DNA of 64,000 nt, from NCBI RefSeq assembly GCF_035594765.1, contig NW_026943825.1, positions 14,376,590 through 14,440,589 on the forward strand, read 5' to 3'. Origin of the DNA: Anolis carolinensis (Eukaryota). Below the pieces are notes generated by a model, which saw only the letters and a program-made list of their open reading frames with translations, searched no databases and was not told where the DNA came from. Below, piece by piece: positions 48,147-61,272 of the stretch (position 1 is the first letter of the stretch; every line of letters begins with the position of its first letter). The translations under genes were made by a program, and so were the position numbers.

Positions 48147-49089
48147 GCCACAGATCCGGTCCTGTGCCCTAACCACATATGTTGTCCTTCCAAGTGTCAA
48201 TCCAGCCAGTCTCTATAAATGGAATCATGAGTGGCTGTCATAATCTTGTCCCCTTCCTTTGGCATCAATATGCCTTAGGTGGCCCATGATCATTTTAAAG
48301 CACTAATTTAGAGACCTTTTTAGGAATAGATTAGTAGAAACAGCAACCATTTTTATCATGATTTACCCTCTGGAGTCTGAGGATCATTTTGCGGAGAAGT
48401 TTGATTGGAAATATTTGGTAGCTTTAGAGTACACCCAGCTCCCATTAATTTAAAAAAATGTTTCAAAAGTCATTACAAAACTGGAAGGCACTGGTGTTTC
48501 ATTTCTAAATTATCTTTAGTAAAAATTTCATTACTATAATGAGAGTAAGAAAGTTTTGTTACTTTTTTGTTATAGTAATTGCGCTAGTAGGGAAACTTCA
48601 GGGGCTCTTTTCTCCCCCATTTTTACAGCTATTGGGGTGAAACTTGTCACAACCATAGGACACATGTACCACAGTTAGCCCATCAAGTTTCAGAATGTTT
48701 CACTTATCCCCGGATATTTGGGGAATTTTCAAAGGCTTTATAAACAACATTTTTGTAAAAAAAAAAAAAAAACCACCTACAAGAGTGATTTCTTTGAATT
48801 TGTTCTACAATGACACAAGATAACAGGGAATCATTCCACCCAAATTTCAGAAGTATTCACACATCTACTGATTTTAGGGAATTTATTTGTTGACAAAAAA
48901 ATTTTTAAAGCCACAATAGCTATCTCATTGAATGTCTCTCATATTAACCAAAAGACGTTCCATTGAGGGATTTAGTCCCAGCCCAGCAAAGAGATTTACT
49001 TAATAGAAGTGTGAGTCAGTCCTTCTCTTTGCAAATTCAACCATTCATTGGCTGGCTGGCTGCAATGGAAGGACAGATCTCTCCCCTAT

Positions 49090-50510
49090 TGTCACACTTC
49101 AGGTTAGCTTCACCTTGCCAAAGACACCAGGCTGCACACAAGGGGTAGTCTTTTAAAGTTTATTAGAAAATAAGGAGAAGAATAGTTCAGAATAGTTTAG
49201 AAGGAGATGGAGACCATACTACAAAGAAAGCTTGTATTAAAACCAGAATTTTTTTATTAGGGTTAACAGACTTTTTCACGGACTCAAACGACGAAAAACT
49301 ATTTATATACATGATAAGTGCAGCTAGAATCACGATTGCAAAACATTGGAAAACAGCAGAGATACCGTCACCAGAACAATGGACATTGAAATTGATGGAT
49401 ATACAAAATATGGACACATTAATGCAGATAATATAAAAAAAAAAACAGGGACAAAAACGGACTGGAACAAATTAAACAAATACATAAGGGAAAAAAGAAA
49501 TCTGGAAATATAGAGGGAGATATTGTTTAAGAGTAGACACTCTTGGGTCCTAAGAATATTGTTTCGGGAAGGAATTGAAAAAACGAAGAATTAAACTGCA
49601 GAGCAGGGGAACTGGAAGGTAATACAGAGAGGAGGGAGGGTCGAGGGGAATTATGTGGTTTTTTTCTGGTTTTTTCCCCTCTTTTTTTGTTCATATGGTC
49701 ACATGCGGCTTCTCTTTTTATTGTATCACTAAAATTATAAATAAAAAGTTTTAAAAAAAGAAAGGTAAAAGTTCAGTTCTAAAATATAGTTGCAAAACAA
49801 GGCTGTAGTCATCAAATCCATAGAAGCATAGGCATGAAACGAGGTCTTTTCAAAGGAAGCTAAAGTCCCAAAAGCAAGAATACATCCAGGTTACAAGATA
49901 ATACAGGAACGCAGAATTGATACAGGAAAGCCGACTTGGTTCTTGACTCAAGCTAAGAAGTTGCTTTTGACAAAGTTCTCCCTCTCAGCAAACCCTTTTT
50001 AAAAGCATAGCATGAAATCATTCCTTTGCCCTTTGGCCTCTTGTTTGTTTGCTATTCGAAGACTCCTTCGCACCCCCTGAAATTCCAGACAGCACGATCA
50101 AGCTCAGCGGCCCTAGTGTCAAGGCCATCAAGGCCGCTGAGCCCATTAGTGTTATCAGAGCTACTTTCTGTTTCCAACATCTGAATTCCATCATTAGAAA
50201 CAACCCCATTTCTTCCCATGGGAAAAACTCCTTGCCCTTCATTTCCTACAGCAGGCACACTCTGCAGCTGAATCCCATCAGAGTCATCCTGAAACTCATC
50301 CCAAACCTGATCCTGACTCTGAATCCCATCATTATGCACTTGCATCCCAGAATCCTCATCAGAATCACACAAAGGCAAAGACTGAGTCACAGCGCCTATC
50401 CCGATTGGGATTTTCTGATGCTGATGCATTCTTACCATGACAGGCTCCCGAAGTACCGAAGGTACCAAATGAAACAGAGGAAACAGAAGAAACAAAATCC
50501 GAGCACAACC
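49090..50510 (-). mobile_element. Probable solo LTR interrupted by an L1 3' fragment (about 49191-49760, plus strand)
   Basis: TGTCACAC terminus and minus-strand AATAAA near 49160. The insert translates KLFIYMISAARITIAKHWK, matching the other L1 C-termini. The TSD is uncertain. Confidence 0.5.
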
Positions 50511-50560
50511 CTACTTGAAAGTTTGCTTGTCCCGTAAATCTTGCCTTATATATTATTGAT

Positions 50561-51272
50561 CAGGGGTCCTCAAACTTTTTAAGTGGAGGGCCGGTTCATG
50601 GTCCCTCAGACTGTTGAGGGGCCGAATTATCATTTTTTTAAAAAATTCCTATGCACACTGCACATGTCTTATTTGTAGTGCAAAAAAAAACCCAACAACA
50701 ATTATTTGTTTGTTTGTTTGTTTATTTACTACATTTATACACCACCCATTCTCATCCCGAAGGGGACTCAGAGCAGTTTACAAGTTGTATGTACATACAA
50801 TATATTATATTATTAAAATAGCACAATATTAGCATTATATATTACTATATTGTACTATACCACTATACTGTAATATTATTAATAATATTACATTTAATAT
50901 ATAATTAATATTATTATATTGTATTATTATTAGTATTATATTGTATACATTATAATATTATTATCAATATTATATGTATATAGGTACACATATATGATAT
51001 TATTACCATAGCATAATATTAGTAAATGAAAGAACAATACAATACAATATTTAAAAATAAAAACAATTTTAACCTACATAATCCTACCAGGATTTCAGTG
51101 GGAAGTGTGGTCCTGCTTCTGGCCAATGAGATAGTCAAGTTAATTAGGATTGTTGTTGTTGTGTGCCTTCAAGTCATTTCAGACTTTGGGTGAGCCTAAG
51201 TCTAAAACTATGGGCGGGGGCCAGGTAAATGACTTTGGAGGGCCGCATCCGGCCTTAGTTTGGGGACCCCTG
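50561..51272. mobile_element. hAT non-autonomous element (family of 8375-9071) with an internal L2-tail/AT-rich segment
   Basis: CAGGGGTCCTCAAACT / AGTTTGGGGACCCCTG; perfect 8-bp TSD TTATTGAT. Confidence 0.9.
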
Positions 51273-52045
51273 TTATTGATGATATCAGAAGCCTGCAAAA
51301 CCTTTCTCTTCCGACAAGCTTTCGATGGGTGAAAAACTCGGGGCTAGGTCTGTTTTTATTGTTGTTTTTATTGTTTTTATTGTTATTTTAAAGCTAATTG
51401 TATTGTTTTAATCTATTTCTGCAAACCGCTCTGAGTCAAACTGGGAGTAGCGGTATACAAGTCTAATAAATAAATAAAGTGCAACCCAGCTCAATCATTT
51501 ACTCAGTTTTTTACCGATCACACAATCACAAAGGGGGAATATGGCTTCTTCAGCTTGCTGTCGCGGCAGCCTCAACACTCCTTTTTAGAAGATCTTACAG
51601 CTCCTTGGCAGCGTTTTGTGCTCATGAAGATTTCCAGAGGAATGGAATAGACAATATTTGTTAACAGATTCACCTTTTTTTTTGCACTTCTTTCCAGTGG
51701 TAGTGGCTGTTCAAATCTGAGTAGATGAGCAAGTTAACTCTTATTTATTTATTTATTTATTTGCTGCCTTTCTATACTGCTTTTTTCACCCCTGGGGGGG
51801 ACTCAAACTGAGAAACTACCTCTCCCATTTTGATATATTCTGCACTTTGGCCCAGATCCTTGTTTTAGTCTCCTGTTTTTAATACTTTATGCTGTATGTT
51901 GATTACAATGATGGTTTTATTGATATTGATGTTTTACTGTTGGAATAATTGTTTTATTGTTTTATTGTTGTATGTTTCGGGCTCGGTCCCCATGTAAGCC
52001 GCTCCGAGTCCCCACTGGGGAGATGGGGCGGGGTATAAAAATTAA

Positions 52046-52107
<62 letters not shown>

Positions 52108-52129
52108 CAACATAATAATGGCAAAAAAA

Positions 52130-53000
52130 CCTTGAACCATCGATCCCCTCAATTTTAATAACTACAGACCAGTCTCTAACATTCCTTTATTGAGCGAAGT
52201 AATTGAGAAGGAAGTTGCACTCCAACGCCAGGGAGTTTTTGATGAAACTGACTACCATTTCAAACCAGCTTCAAAGCAGGATATGGAGTTGAGAAAGCTA
52301 TGGTTGTCTGAGTGGATGATCTTTGTCTAACAGGAAGAGTGTGTTTCTGTTGGTACTTCTAGATCTCTCAGTGATTTTTGATGCCATCGACCATAGTATC
52401 TTTCTGGAACTCCTAGAAGGGCTGGAAATCGGAGGCACTGTGTTGCAGGAGTTCTGGTTGTTCTTCTCAGACAGGTCCCAGATGGTGGTGCTTGGGGATA
52501 CCTTGTCCTTAAAAATGAGATGTTATATGGCATCCCACAAGGGGACATTCTATCTCCAATGCTTTTAAACATTTATATGAAACTGCTGTGAGAGTAAGGA
52601 TAATATCTCTCCTCTAAATGAATGCCTAGAAGAGGTAATGAGCTGGATAAGGATTAAACAATTTGAAACTGAATCCAGACAGGACAGAGGTGCTTGTCAT
52701 CAAGAGGCCTAACCTTGGAATGGAGGTGTGTCTGTCAATCAGTTCTGGATGGGGTTACCTTCCCCCAGAAATACTGTCTTCATAGCTTGGGAGTACTCCT
52801 GGATCAGTCTCTCCAAATGTCAGCCCAGGTAGACATGATGGTCAGGAGGGCTTATACCAGCTGTGTCCCTTCTTAGACTCTGAGGACCTAAAGATGGTGA
52901 TGCATGCATTGGTAACCTCAAGATTGTAATGTGTTGTACATTGGGTTACCTCTGTACCAATTTTGGAAACTCCAATTAGTTCCAAACATGACAATCAAAG
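52130..53000 (+). mobile_element. Old degraded L2 RT remnant (resumes at about 53500-53690 and 55410-55550)
   Basis: LLVLLDLSVIFDAIDH and SLGVLLD motifs with frameshifts. Confidence 0.75.
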
Positions 53001-53004
53001 TAAT

Positions 53005-53500
53005 CATAGAATTATAGAGTTGGAAGAGACCTCTTGGGCTATCCAATCCAACCTCATTTTGCTAAGAAGCAGGAAAATTGCATTCAAAGCACAGATGGCC
53101 ATCCAGTCTCTGCTAAAAAAACCTCAAAAGAAGGAGCCTCCACCACACTCCAGAGAGAGAGTTCCACTACTGAAAGGCTCTCACAGTGAGGAAGTTCTTC
53201 CTGATGTTCAGGTGGAATCTCCTTTCCTGTAGTTTGAAGCCATTGTTCCATGTCCTAGTCTCCAGGGCACAGAAAACAATCTTGCTCCCTCCTCCCTATG
53301 ACTTCCCCTCATGTATTTATACATCATGTCTCCTCTCAACTTTCTCCTCTGAAGGCTAAACATGCACAGCTCTTTAACCCACTCCTTATAGGGCTTGTTC
53401 TCCAGACCCTTGATCATTTTAGTCACCTTCCTTTGGACATATTCCAGCTTGTCAACATCTCCCTTTAAGTGCAGTGCCCAGAATTGGACACAGATTTCCA
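53005..53500 (-). mobile_element. CR1 3' end inserted into the old L2
   Basis: [25 protein letters not shown] plus an ATTCTATG-type tail. Confidence 0.88.
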
Positions 53501-53692
53501 AGAGTGAGTTTATTACATCCTTATTAAAGTCCTTCCATTAGATGTCAATTAGTTTCTGGACAAAGTACAAAGTGTTGGTACAGTCATACATGGTTTGGGT
53601 CCAGGTTACTACAGGATCGCCTTCTCCTGCACAATCCATAGCTGTTTAGGACATTGTCTTCTGGGAGGCAGCTACTCTATCCAGCCAGAACT

Positions 53693-55408
53693 AAATAATA
53701 ATAATAATAATAACTTTATTTTTATACCCCACCCCATCTCCCCGAAGGGACTCGGGGCGGCTTACATGGGGCCTTGCCCGATAAAACAATCAAATATCAA
53801 AACACAGCAATAAAACAGTTATCCAATAAAAACATCAATTACAGTAAAAACAATAGTTAAAATCAACATAAAACATACAATATTAACACTGGAGACTAAT
53901 TCATAGAACCCAGGCAACGTGCAACATGTGCCGAAATGGGCCGAAATGGGGAAGGTAATTTCACAGTTAAAATGGACAAAGTGCAATATAGCATTGGCAA
54001 CACCTCAAGAATAGGGCTATTATAAAATGGGCAGATCGATCAGTCCAACACCAGATTAAGTATCAAAGGCCTTTTGAAAGAGCCAGGTTTTTAAGCTCCT
54101 ACGGAAGGAGAGGAGGGTGGGGGCCTGCCTGATCTCTCTAGGAAGCGAGTTCCAAAGCCGGGGGGCCACGACGGAGAAGGCCCTCTCTCTCGTCCCCACC
54201 AACCGCGACTGCGAGGGTGGTGGGAGCGAGAGGAGGGCCTCCCCCGACGAGCGAAGAGAACGTGCGGGTTCGTAGGGGGAGATGCGGTCTCTAAGGTAGG
54301 TGGGTCCCAAACCGTTTAGGGCTTTGTAGGTGATAACCTGCACCTTGAATTGGGCCCGGAAAGTAAACGGCAGCCAGTGGAGCTCCTTAAACAGAGGCGT
54401 TGAACGTGCCCTGTAATTCGCTCCAGTTAGAAGCCTGGCTGCCGATCGCTGTACTAGTTGTAATTTCCGGGCCGTCTTCAAAGGCAGCCCCACATAGATC
54501 GCATTGCAATAGTCCAGTCTAGAGGTAACTAAGGCATGGACCACCATGGTCAGATCAGACTTCTCGAGGTATGGTCGCAGCTGGCGCACAAGTTTTAGTT
54601 GTGCAAAGGCCCTCCCGGCCACGGCCGACACCTGATCCTCAAGCGTCAGCCCCGAATCCAGGAGGACCCCCAAGCTGCGGACCTGCGCCTTCAGGGGGAG
54701 TGCGACCCCGTCAAGCACAGGTTGCCACCCAATACCCCGATCGGCCGCACGACTGACCTGGAGGACCTCTGTCTTGTCAGGATTAAGTCTCAGTTTGTTC
54801 ACCCTCATCCAGGCCAACACAGCGGCCAGACACTGGTCCAGAATCCGAGGGGCTTCCTTGGATTTAGGTGGAAAAGAGTAGTAGAGTTGGGTGTCATCCG
54901 CGTAGAGATGGCACCGTACTCCAAAACTCCGGATGACCTCTCCCAGCGGTTTCATGTAGATGTTAAAAAGCATGGGGGACAAAATAGAACCTTGCGGGAC
55001 CCCACAGGTCAATGGCCAGGGGTCCGAGCAGGTGTCCCCCAGCTTCACCAACTGGGAACGACCCTCCAGAAAGGACTGGAGCCACTGGAGTGCAGTACCC
55101 CCAAGGCCCATCCCAGAGAGCCGCCCCAGAAGGATACCATGGTCGATGGTATCGAAAGCCGCTGAGATGTCCAAGATTACCAGCAGGGTCACACTCCCCC
55201 TGTCCAGCTCCCTGCGGAGGTCATCCACCAAGGCGACCAAAGCCATCTCGGTACTGAACCCAGGCCTGAAGCCAGACTGCGATTGGTCCAGAAAATCCGT
55301 ATCTTCCAAGAATCCCTGGAGCTGAGAGGCAACCACCCGCTCCAAGACCTTGCCCAAGAATGGTAGGTTAGAGATTGGCCTGTAGTTACACGGATTGGTC
55401 GGATCCAA
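53693..55408 (-). mobile_element. Young 5'-truncated L2 LINE with an uninterrupted 450-codon RT frame
   Basis: ORF 54056-55408 (YRPISNL, PQGSILSP, YADDTQL) and a (TTA)n tail at 53693-53712. Confidence 0.95.
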
Positions 55409-56185
55409 TCTAAACTGGAAACTGTCACCCAGAGGACCTTTTAATCAGCTGCCCCACAATTGTGGAATGTCATGCCTGAAGATATATGACAGCTAAATGA
55501 AGTGTTGGAATTTAAAACACCATTGGAGCCTTGGCTTTGTTGAGAGTCTCAACAGAAGGTGAGTTATTCCAAAAAGAACACTCAATCTTGTCTAATGCTT
55601 TCGGAAACATTTTATACCATTTATATCATTCTTCCTTTGTTGAGTCCTCTGGGTGATTCTATTAGTCTTAAATTGTAATGAAACAATAAAACCAGAGCGT
55701 TATCATGCAAAGAAAATTTTATTAAAGACTGGAAGTTGGCAAATCCAAAAGAAACACAAACAGTTCTGAAAATAATAGGTCACAAAGAATGCAATGGAAT
55801 GAACAGCTTTTCCGGTACATACATGGTTGTCGTTCTGATTAACATAACATGTTTCTGTAGTTTCTTTACAGTATCTCAAAGTTATGCATTCTTGGATTGG
55901 ATTGCTAAATTCACAGGAGAGGTTTAGGGATTTTATCTCAAGGGAAGCATTGTAGAGAGAGAACGATAAGAACATAAAGAGGGAATCTAAAGAGGGATGC
56001 ATTTAGACTGAAAGCAGAATCATGAAAGGGATAGGTGGACCTCACTTCTAGTGATACCAAACACTCCCCCAGCTCCATTGGACTTCACCTAGGAAGGGGG
56101 TGCTCGGTTCAGCTAAAATCAGGCCTCGGCGTTCCATTGTGTGATGTTCCGTTTTTCCTTTTTCTGACCAAAGATCTATGAGAAC

Positions 56186-56674
56186 TTACGCGCAGGGTCC
56201 ACAGATGCTGCCTCTTCCCAGGAATCCAGCACTACTTCCAAGGAGCCCACTAACTCGCCCACCATATAGCCCACCATTATATCCACTACCAAATCCACCA
56301 AATCCACCAAGGCCAACTCCACTAACGGCACATGGGGCATATCCTCCGACAGCGACTGGCTCAGGGGTGGCAGAGATGATGGCGCCTGGGACAGTGAGCG
56401 AAACTGGAGCTGGTTTGATCACGACTTCTATTGGGGGAAGCTGGTTGATACAGGATGGAATCACTCCAGCGAGCACTCCCAAATTGGCTGCAGATTCAAT
56501 GTTGCCCCCAAGGCCATAGCCATAGCCGGAACGAAGGCCAGAGCCGTAGCCGAAGCCAGAGCCATAGCCATAGCCAAGAGCTCTGTCAAATCCTCTGGAA
56601 CCTCCGGATCCAAAGGCAACGGTTGGAGTGGCTTCAAAGGATGGGACAGCAGAGGAAGGTCCACAGTTGGCCAT
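56186..56674 (-). CDS. Corneous beta-protein, glycine-rich type, 162 aa (gene E)
   Basis: SCINQLPPIEVVIKPAPVSLTVPGAIIS core. Acceptor TTCTTCCAG with exon 2 starting at 56697; AATAAA at 55718-55723 (minus). Confidence 0.96.
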   Translation of the reverse strand: MANCGPSSAVPSFEATPTVAFGSGGSRGFDRALGYGYGSGFGYGSGLRSGYGYGLGGNIESAANLGVLAGVIPSCINQLPPIEVVIKPAPVSLTVPGAIISATPEPVAVGGYAPCAVSGVGLGGFGGFGSGYNGGLYGGRVSGLLGSSAGFLGRGSICGPCA

Positions 56675-56945
56675 GGTGTTGAGTGATGGAAGTGAGTCTG
56701 GAAGAACAGGAGAGATATCATGAGGGACACTCAACAGAAATCTTTCATTGCTCACCATTGATGGAATCCACAGAATCCTACAGTGGATTTCCTACATTGC
56801 ATGCCAGTTTCTACATAGATTTAAACTGTGTTATCTAATTCAAAATGGGTTCACAATCGTATTGTTATTTTACACTGTTTGCTTAAAGTGGCTTTAATAG
56901 TGGGAGAATTTCATGGGTACTGTGGACAACTAAAAAGACCAACCC

Positions 56946-57754
56946 ATGAATTACGTATGAATGAATTACACTTATTCATACGATCTTAAGGAGAACTGGC
57001 ACAAAATGATGTATCAGTGGTGCATGACTCCACAAAAATGGGCAAAGTGTTATAAGAATATTAAAGATCAATGTTGGAAATGTGAAAAACATGTAGGCAC
57101 ATTCTTCCACATGTGGTGGAGGTGTAAAATAGCAATAGAATATTGGGAAAAAATACACGAAACAATACAAAAATAATTAAAATAAACTTTCAACTGAAAC
57201 CTGAGTCCTTTCTATTAGGAATGACCGATATGAATTTTAACAAGAACCAAGAGATTCTATTCAACTATTTTGTAACAGCAGCCAGAATAGTTTATGCAAA
57301 GAAATGCAAATCAATAGAAATACCAACTAAAGAAGAATGGATATTAAAGATTATTGTCATAAAGAACATGGATATTCTGACATACTACCTGAAAACCCAT
57401 CATGATAAACCAGTTAAAAAAACGGACTGGACATTACTGACAACCTACATAGAACAAGAGGAACTTTTTATAAACATATAAGGACGGAGTGGATAAATGA
57501 ATAGAAATAGATACAAAACATTTTTATTTCACCTAGAAGGAAAGATGGTAAATACAATCTTTTTTTTTTCTTTTTAATTTTATTTTTAACTTTCTCAATA
57601 TTTTTTTACTTCCTTTTGATTTCTCTCTCTCTCTCTCTCTCTTCCTCTCCCTCTTTTTTATATATATACCACACCCTCCGTTTTCACTTTCTTTTCTATA
57701 TTTATTGTTCTCACATTTTTTATGTTCAAAAACACTCAATAATTTTTTTTTAAA
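56946..57754 (+). mobile_element. 5'-truncated L1, antisense within the gene E intron
   Basis: CWKCEKHVGTFFHMWWRC zinc knuckle; TSD AAAAAGACCAACCC (56932-56945, 57755-57768). Confidence 0.92.
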
Positions 57755-58237
57755 AAAAAGACCAACCCTACAGGAAATTTGCCTGAACATTCCTTAGATC
57801 GAAGAATGTCTAATCTGATGCTGCTATACTATGAAGACATCAAAGGTAACATTAACTAAAATGGAAACTAGTAGAAAACATGGAAAATTGCTTTATGGAT
57901 TGATTGATTTTTGACGTATCTTCTCTGAGATGAATAGGACTCAACATAAGAAGGTGACTTGCAAGCTTCTACTTCACTGTGTTATCAGAAGTCAAGGTTT
58001 ACCTGACCACAATTAACTATAGAAATAATAAGAATAGTAATAACAATAATGGAGCTGGAAGTGATGCTCGTGCTTTTCACACACCTTAGACACCAACAGA
58101 AATGGAATTGGTAGGACAAGCTTCGAGAGAATTCAGATCTTGGAGTAGAATCCACTACTATACTAAAACTTCAGAGCTCTTGGTAATACTATTTTTCAGA
58201 GAGATAGGTTGACATGCAATGAAGAAGTCATGCTTAC

Positions 58238-58500
58238 CAGTTGCTCAGATGAGTAGAAGGCAAGAGGAGGCAAGCGATGAAGCTGATGGAAGACTGCAGA
58301 ATAGCGAAGGCTTTTATACTCTTTTGGTGGCATCCTGACTCACCGAGTGACACCCCGGTAATATCTTAAATTATGATGCACCAAAATCTGCTGGTTTCAT
58401 CATCTACAAAATTACTTTAATGATTCCCAAAACAATCAGAGCCAAAAATTCTGCTTCCATCAGCTCCTTTTGAGGGAGAACAAAGGAATAAGGAAGAATC
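58238..58500 (-). promoter_or_regulatory. Gene E promoter, TATA box (58312-58318) and non-coding exon 1 (about 58287-58238)
   Basis: Minus-strand TATAAAAGCC; ATCAGCTTCATC; donor CTG/GTAAGC; AP-1 consensus TGACTCA at 58336-58342. Confidence 0.88.
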
Positions 58501-58735
58501 CTTGCATTTCTAGAACTGCTTTGTTAATTTTTTGTTAACAAATTATAAGAACAGAGGAACTTTTGAGTCCTAAGGGAATGGTGTTTTTTGAGCAATACAT
58601 GGGATCTGGTAATTTTAGGATCTTTCTGCTTATTCACAGTGGGTTTTGTTGTTGTACTAGCCTGATCAGCAATGATTTGTTCATATATTGCGTTGGACAA
58701 TTGAAGGTTAACTAGATTCTATTGTAATATTATTA

Positions 58736-59443
58736 CAGTAGAGTCTCACTTATCCAACATAAACGGGCTGGCAGAATGTTGGATAAGCGAATATGTTGGA
58801 TAATTAGGAGGCATTAAGGAAAAGCCTATTAAACATCAAATTAGGTTATGATTTTACAAATTAATCGCCAAAACATCATGTTATACAACAAATTTGACAG
58901 AAAAGTAGTTCAATACGCAGTAATATTATGTTGTAATTACTGTATTTACGAATTTAGCACCAAAATATCATGATATATTGAAAACTTTGACTACAAAAAT
59001 GCCTTGGATAATCCGGAAGCTTGGATAAGTGAGAGATCAGGCAGGCCCCTACCCTCCTCTCCTTCCGGAAGAGCTTAAAAACCTGGCTGTTTCAAAAGGC
59101 CTTCGATGTTTAGTTGTTGCTGGATTGATCTATCTGTCCATTCCATAATAGTCCCATTGTTGTTGTCTTGCCATTTTATACCGCACTTTATTGTCCAACT
59201 GTGAAATTTCCTTTTCCCATTTCGTATCACTCTGCATTTCGCCTGGGATCTACGAATTAGTCTCCTGTTTTTAACACTGTATCCTGCTTGTTGATTTTAA
59301 TGATTGTTTTTATTGATGTTGATGTTTTTTACTGGGATAATTGTTTTATTGCTTTGTTACTGTTTTGTTTGTTTTATCGGGCCTGGCCCCATGTAAGCCG
59401 CCCCGAGTCCCTTCGGGGAGATGGGGCGGGGTATAAAAATAAA

Positions 59444-59505
<62 letters not shown>

Positions 59506-59519
59506 GTGAGACTCTACTG
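58736..59519. mobile_element. Mariner MITE with an L2 3' end (59035-59502) inserted in its right TIR
   Basis: TIR is split as TTGGATAAGTGAGA ... TAAGTGAGACTCTACTG. The insert matches the 3' end of the L2 at 53693-54135 and has a (TTA)n tail. Confidence 0.88.
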
Positions 59520-60672
59520 TATTGCGTTGGACAATTGAAGGTTTACTAGATTCTATTGTAATATTATTATATGCCATAATTTCCGTCCTTCCTTTTCCCT
59601 TCTTTTCTCTCTCTCACCCTCCTTTCTTTCCTTCCCTTCTTTTCTCTTTCTTTTCTCTTCTCTTCATTTTCTCCTTTTCTTTCCTTCATACGCATGTCAC
59701 GTAATTACAGTCTATCCACTTTGCTCCCTTTCTTTCCCAGTGGCATCACAGAAGGCCACTTTACCTAGCAACAGCCAATCCACTTTGTTACTTTTCTTTC
59801 CCTCAGCTCTGACCCTTGAAAAGATGGATATCTAGGGTTTTTTTTTAATTGTGTCGGAAGCGACTTCAGAATATACTGCAAGTTGCTTCTGGGATGAGAA
59901 AATTGGCCATCTACAGAGATGTTGCCCAGGGGATGCCCGGATGTGTTACTATCCTGAGGAGAGGCTGCTCGATATTTGACTCATCTATTACGATGATATT
60001 AACTTCTGTAAAAGTACACACAGATGTTCTTCTATCCATTGACCTGGGATGAATCCACATTGAATATACTGAGCTTTTTCTACGAAGGTGCTTCCAGGAT
60101 TCCCATTGAGTTGTGGCACCACCTTGAATTTCATAGGTCTTCTTGGAATAGACTACTTAGAGGAGATTTTTCAAGTACCTTCCCTTGAAAGACAGCATAC
60201 AGGTGGTCTCCACAATAGGCTTTTCATCTCCAAGTGGTCCATTTGTTCTAGTGACTCCAAGAATTTCCCAGAGTTCTTTTAGTGAAGGGATACTTAGGAA
60301 GGGTGGTTTGCTGTTTACCTCCTCACAAATACACTTTGCAGCAGATGGGATTTGTTGGCAGTCTCTCATTCAAGTACTAGCCAGGGCTGAACATGCTTAC
60401 CTTTCAAGATAGGATTGGATCTATAGTTCTCATGTCCCTGCAAGCTAGAGCTGACAGACAGGCACTTACCCCGTCTCATGGATTTGAACTGGCAACCTTC
60501 AGGTCAGCAACCCAACCTTCAGGTCACTGTGGCTCCTTGGATTTCTAGTTGAAACCCCAACAGTATTTTGTGTAATCAAGGGTCTATGTACCAAGTTTGG
60601 TCTAGATTAATCAGGTCATGTAGGAGCCTTTGTGAAACATACATACATACATTGACACACACAGATATATAT

Positions 60673-60789
60673 AAACAGAGAAAAAGAGTATGCATATAGA
60701 AAGATGTATGCAGATGATCTAGTACTTATCTCCCTTTCTCGGTTGGGTCTTAAAATCTTCTGAAGGCTTTCAGTACCTACTGCAAGGAG

Positions 60790-60864
<75 letters not shown>

Positions 60865-61079
60865 TCAAAGACATGCCTGTGTGAAAGGTTTTTCAACTGT
60901 GGCAGAAAGAGAGTAGGTATGGTGCCAACCCTGAGCCACCAGCAGAAGCAGATTTCTGGTGCCAAAACAGAGAAAAAGAGTATGCATATAGAAAGATGTA
61001 TGCAGATGATCAAGTACTCATCTCCCTTTCTTGGTTGGGTCTTAAAATCTTCTGAAGGCTTTCAGTACCTACTGCAAGA

Positions 61080-61168
<89 letters not shown>

Positions 61169-61272
61169 TCTCAAAGACACGCCTGTGTGAAAGGTTTTTC
61201 AACTGTGGCAGAAAGAGAGTAGGTATGGTGCCAACCCTGAACCACCAGCAGAAGCAGATTTCTGCTGCCAAA
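60673..61272. repeat. Direct tandem duplication (period about 292 bp); each copy has a (TA)n(GA)n microsatellite
   Basis: AAACAGAGAAAAAGAGTATGCATATAGAAAGATG restarts at 60673 and 60965. Confidence 0.92.

Noticed and set aside
50018-50537. Overlapping ORFs of 147-162 aa
   Set aside because: Low-complexity sequence within a probable LTR; no recognisable domain.
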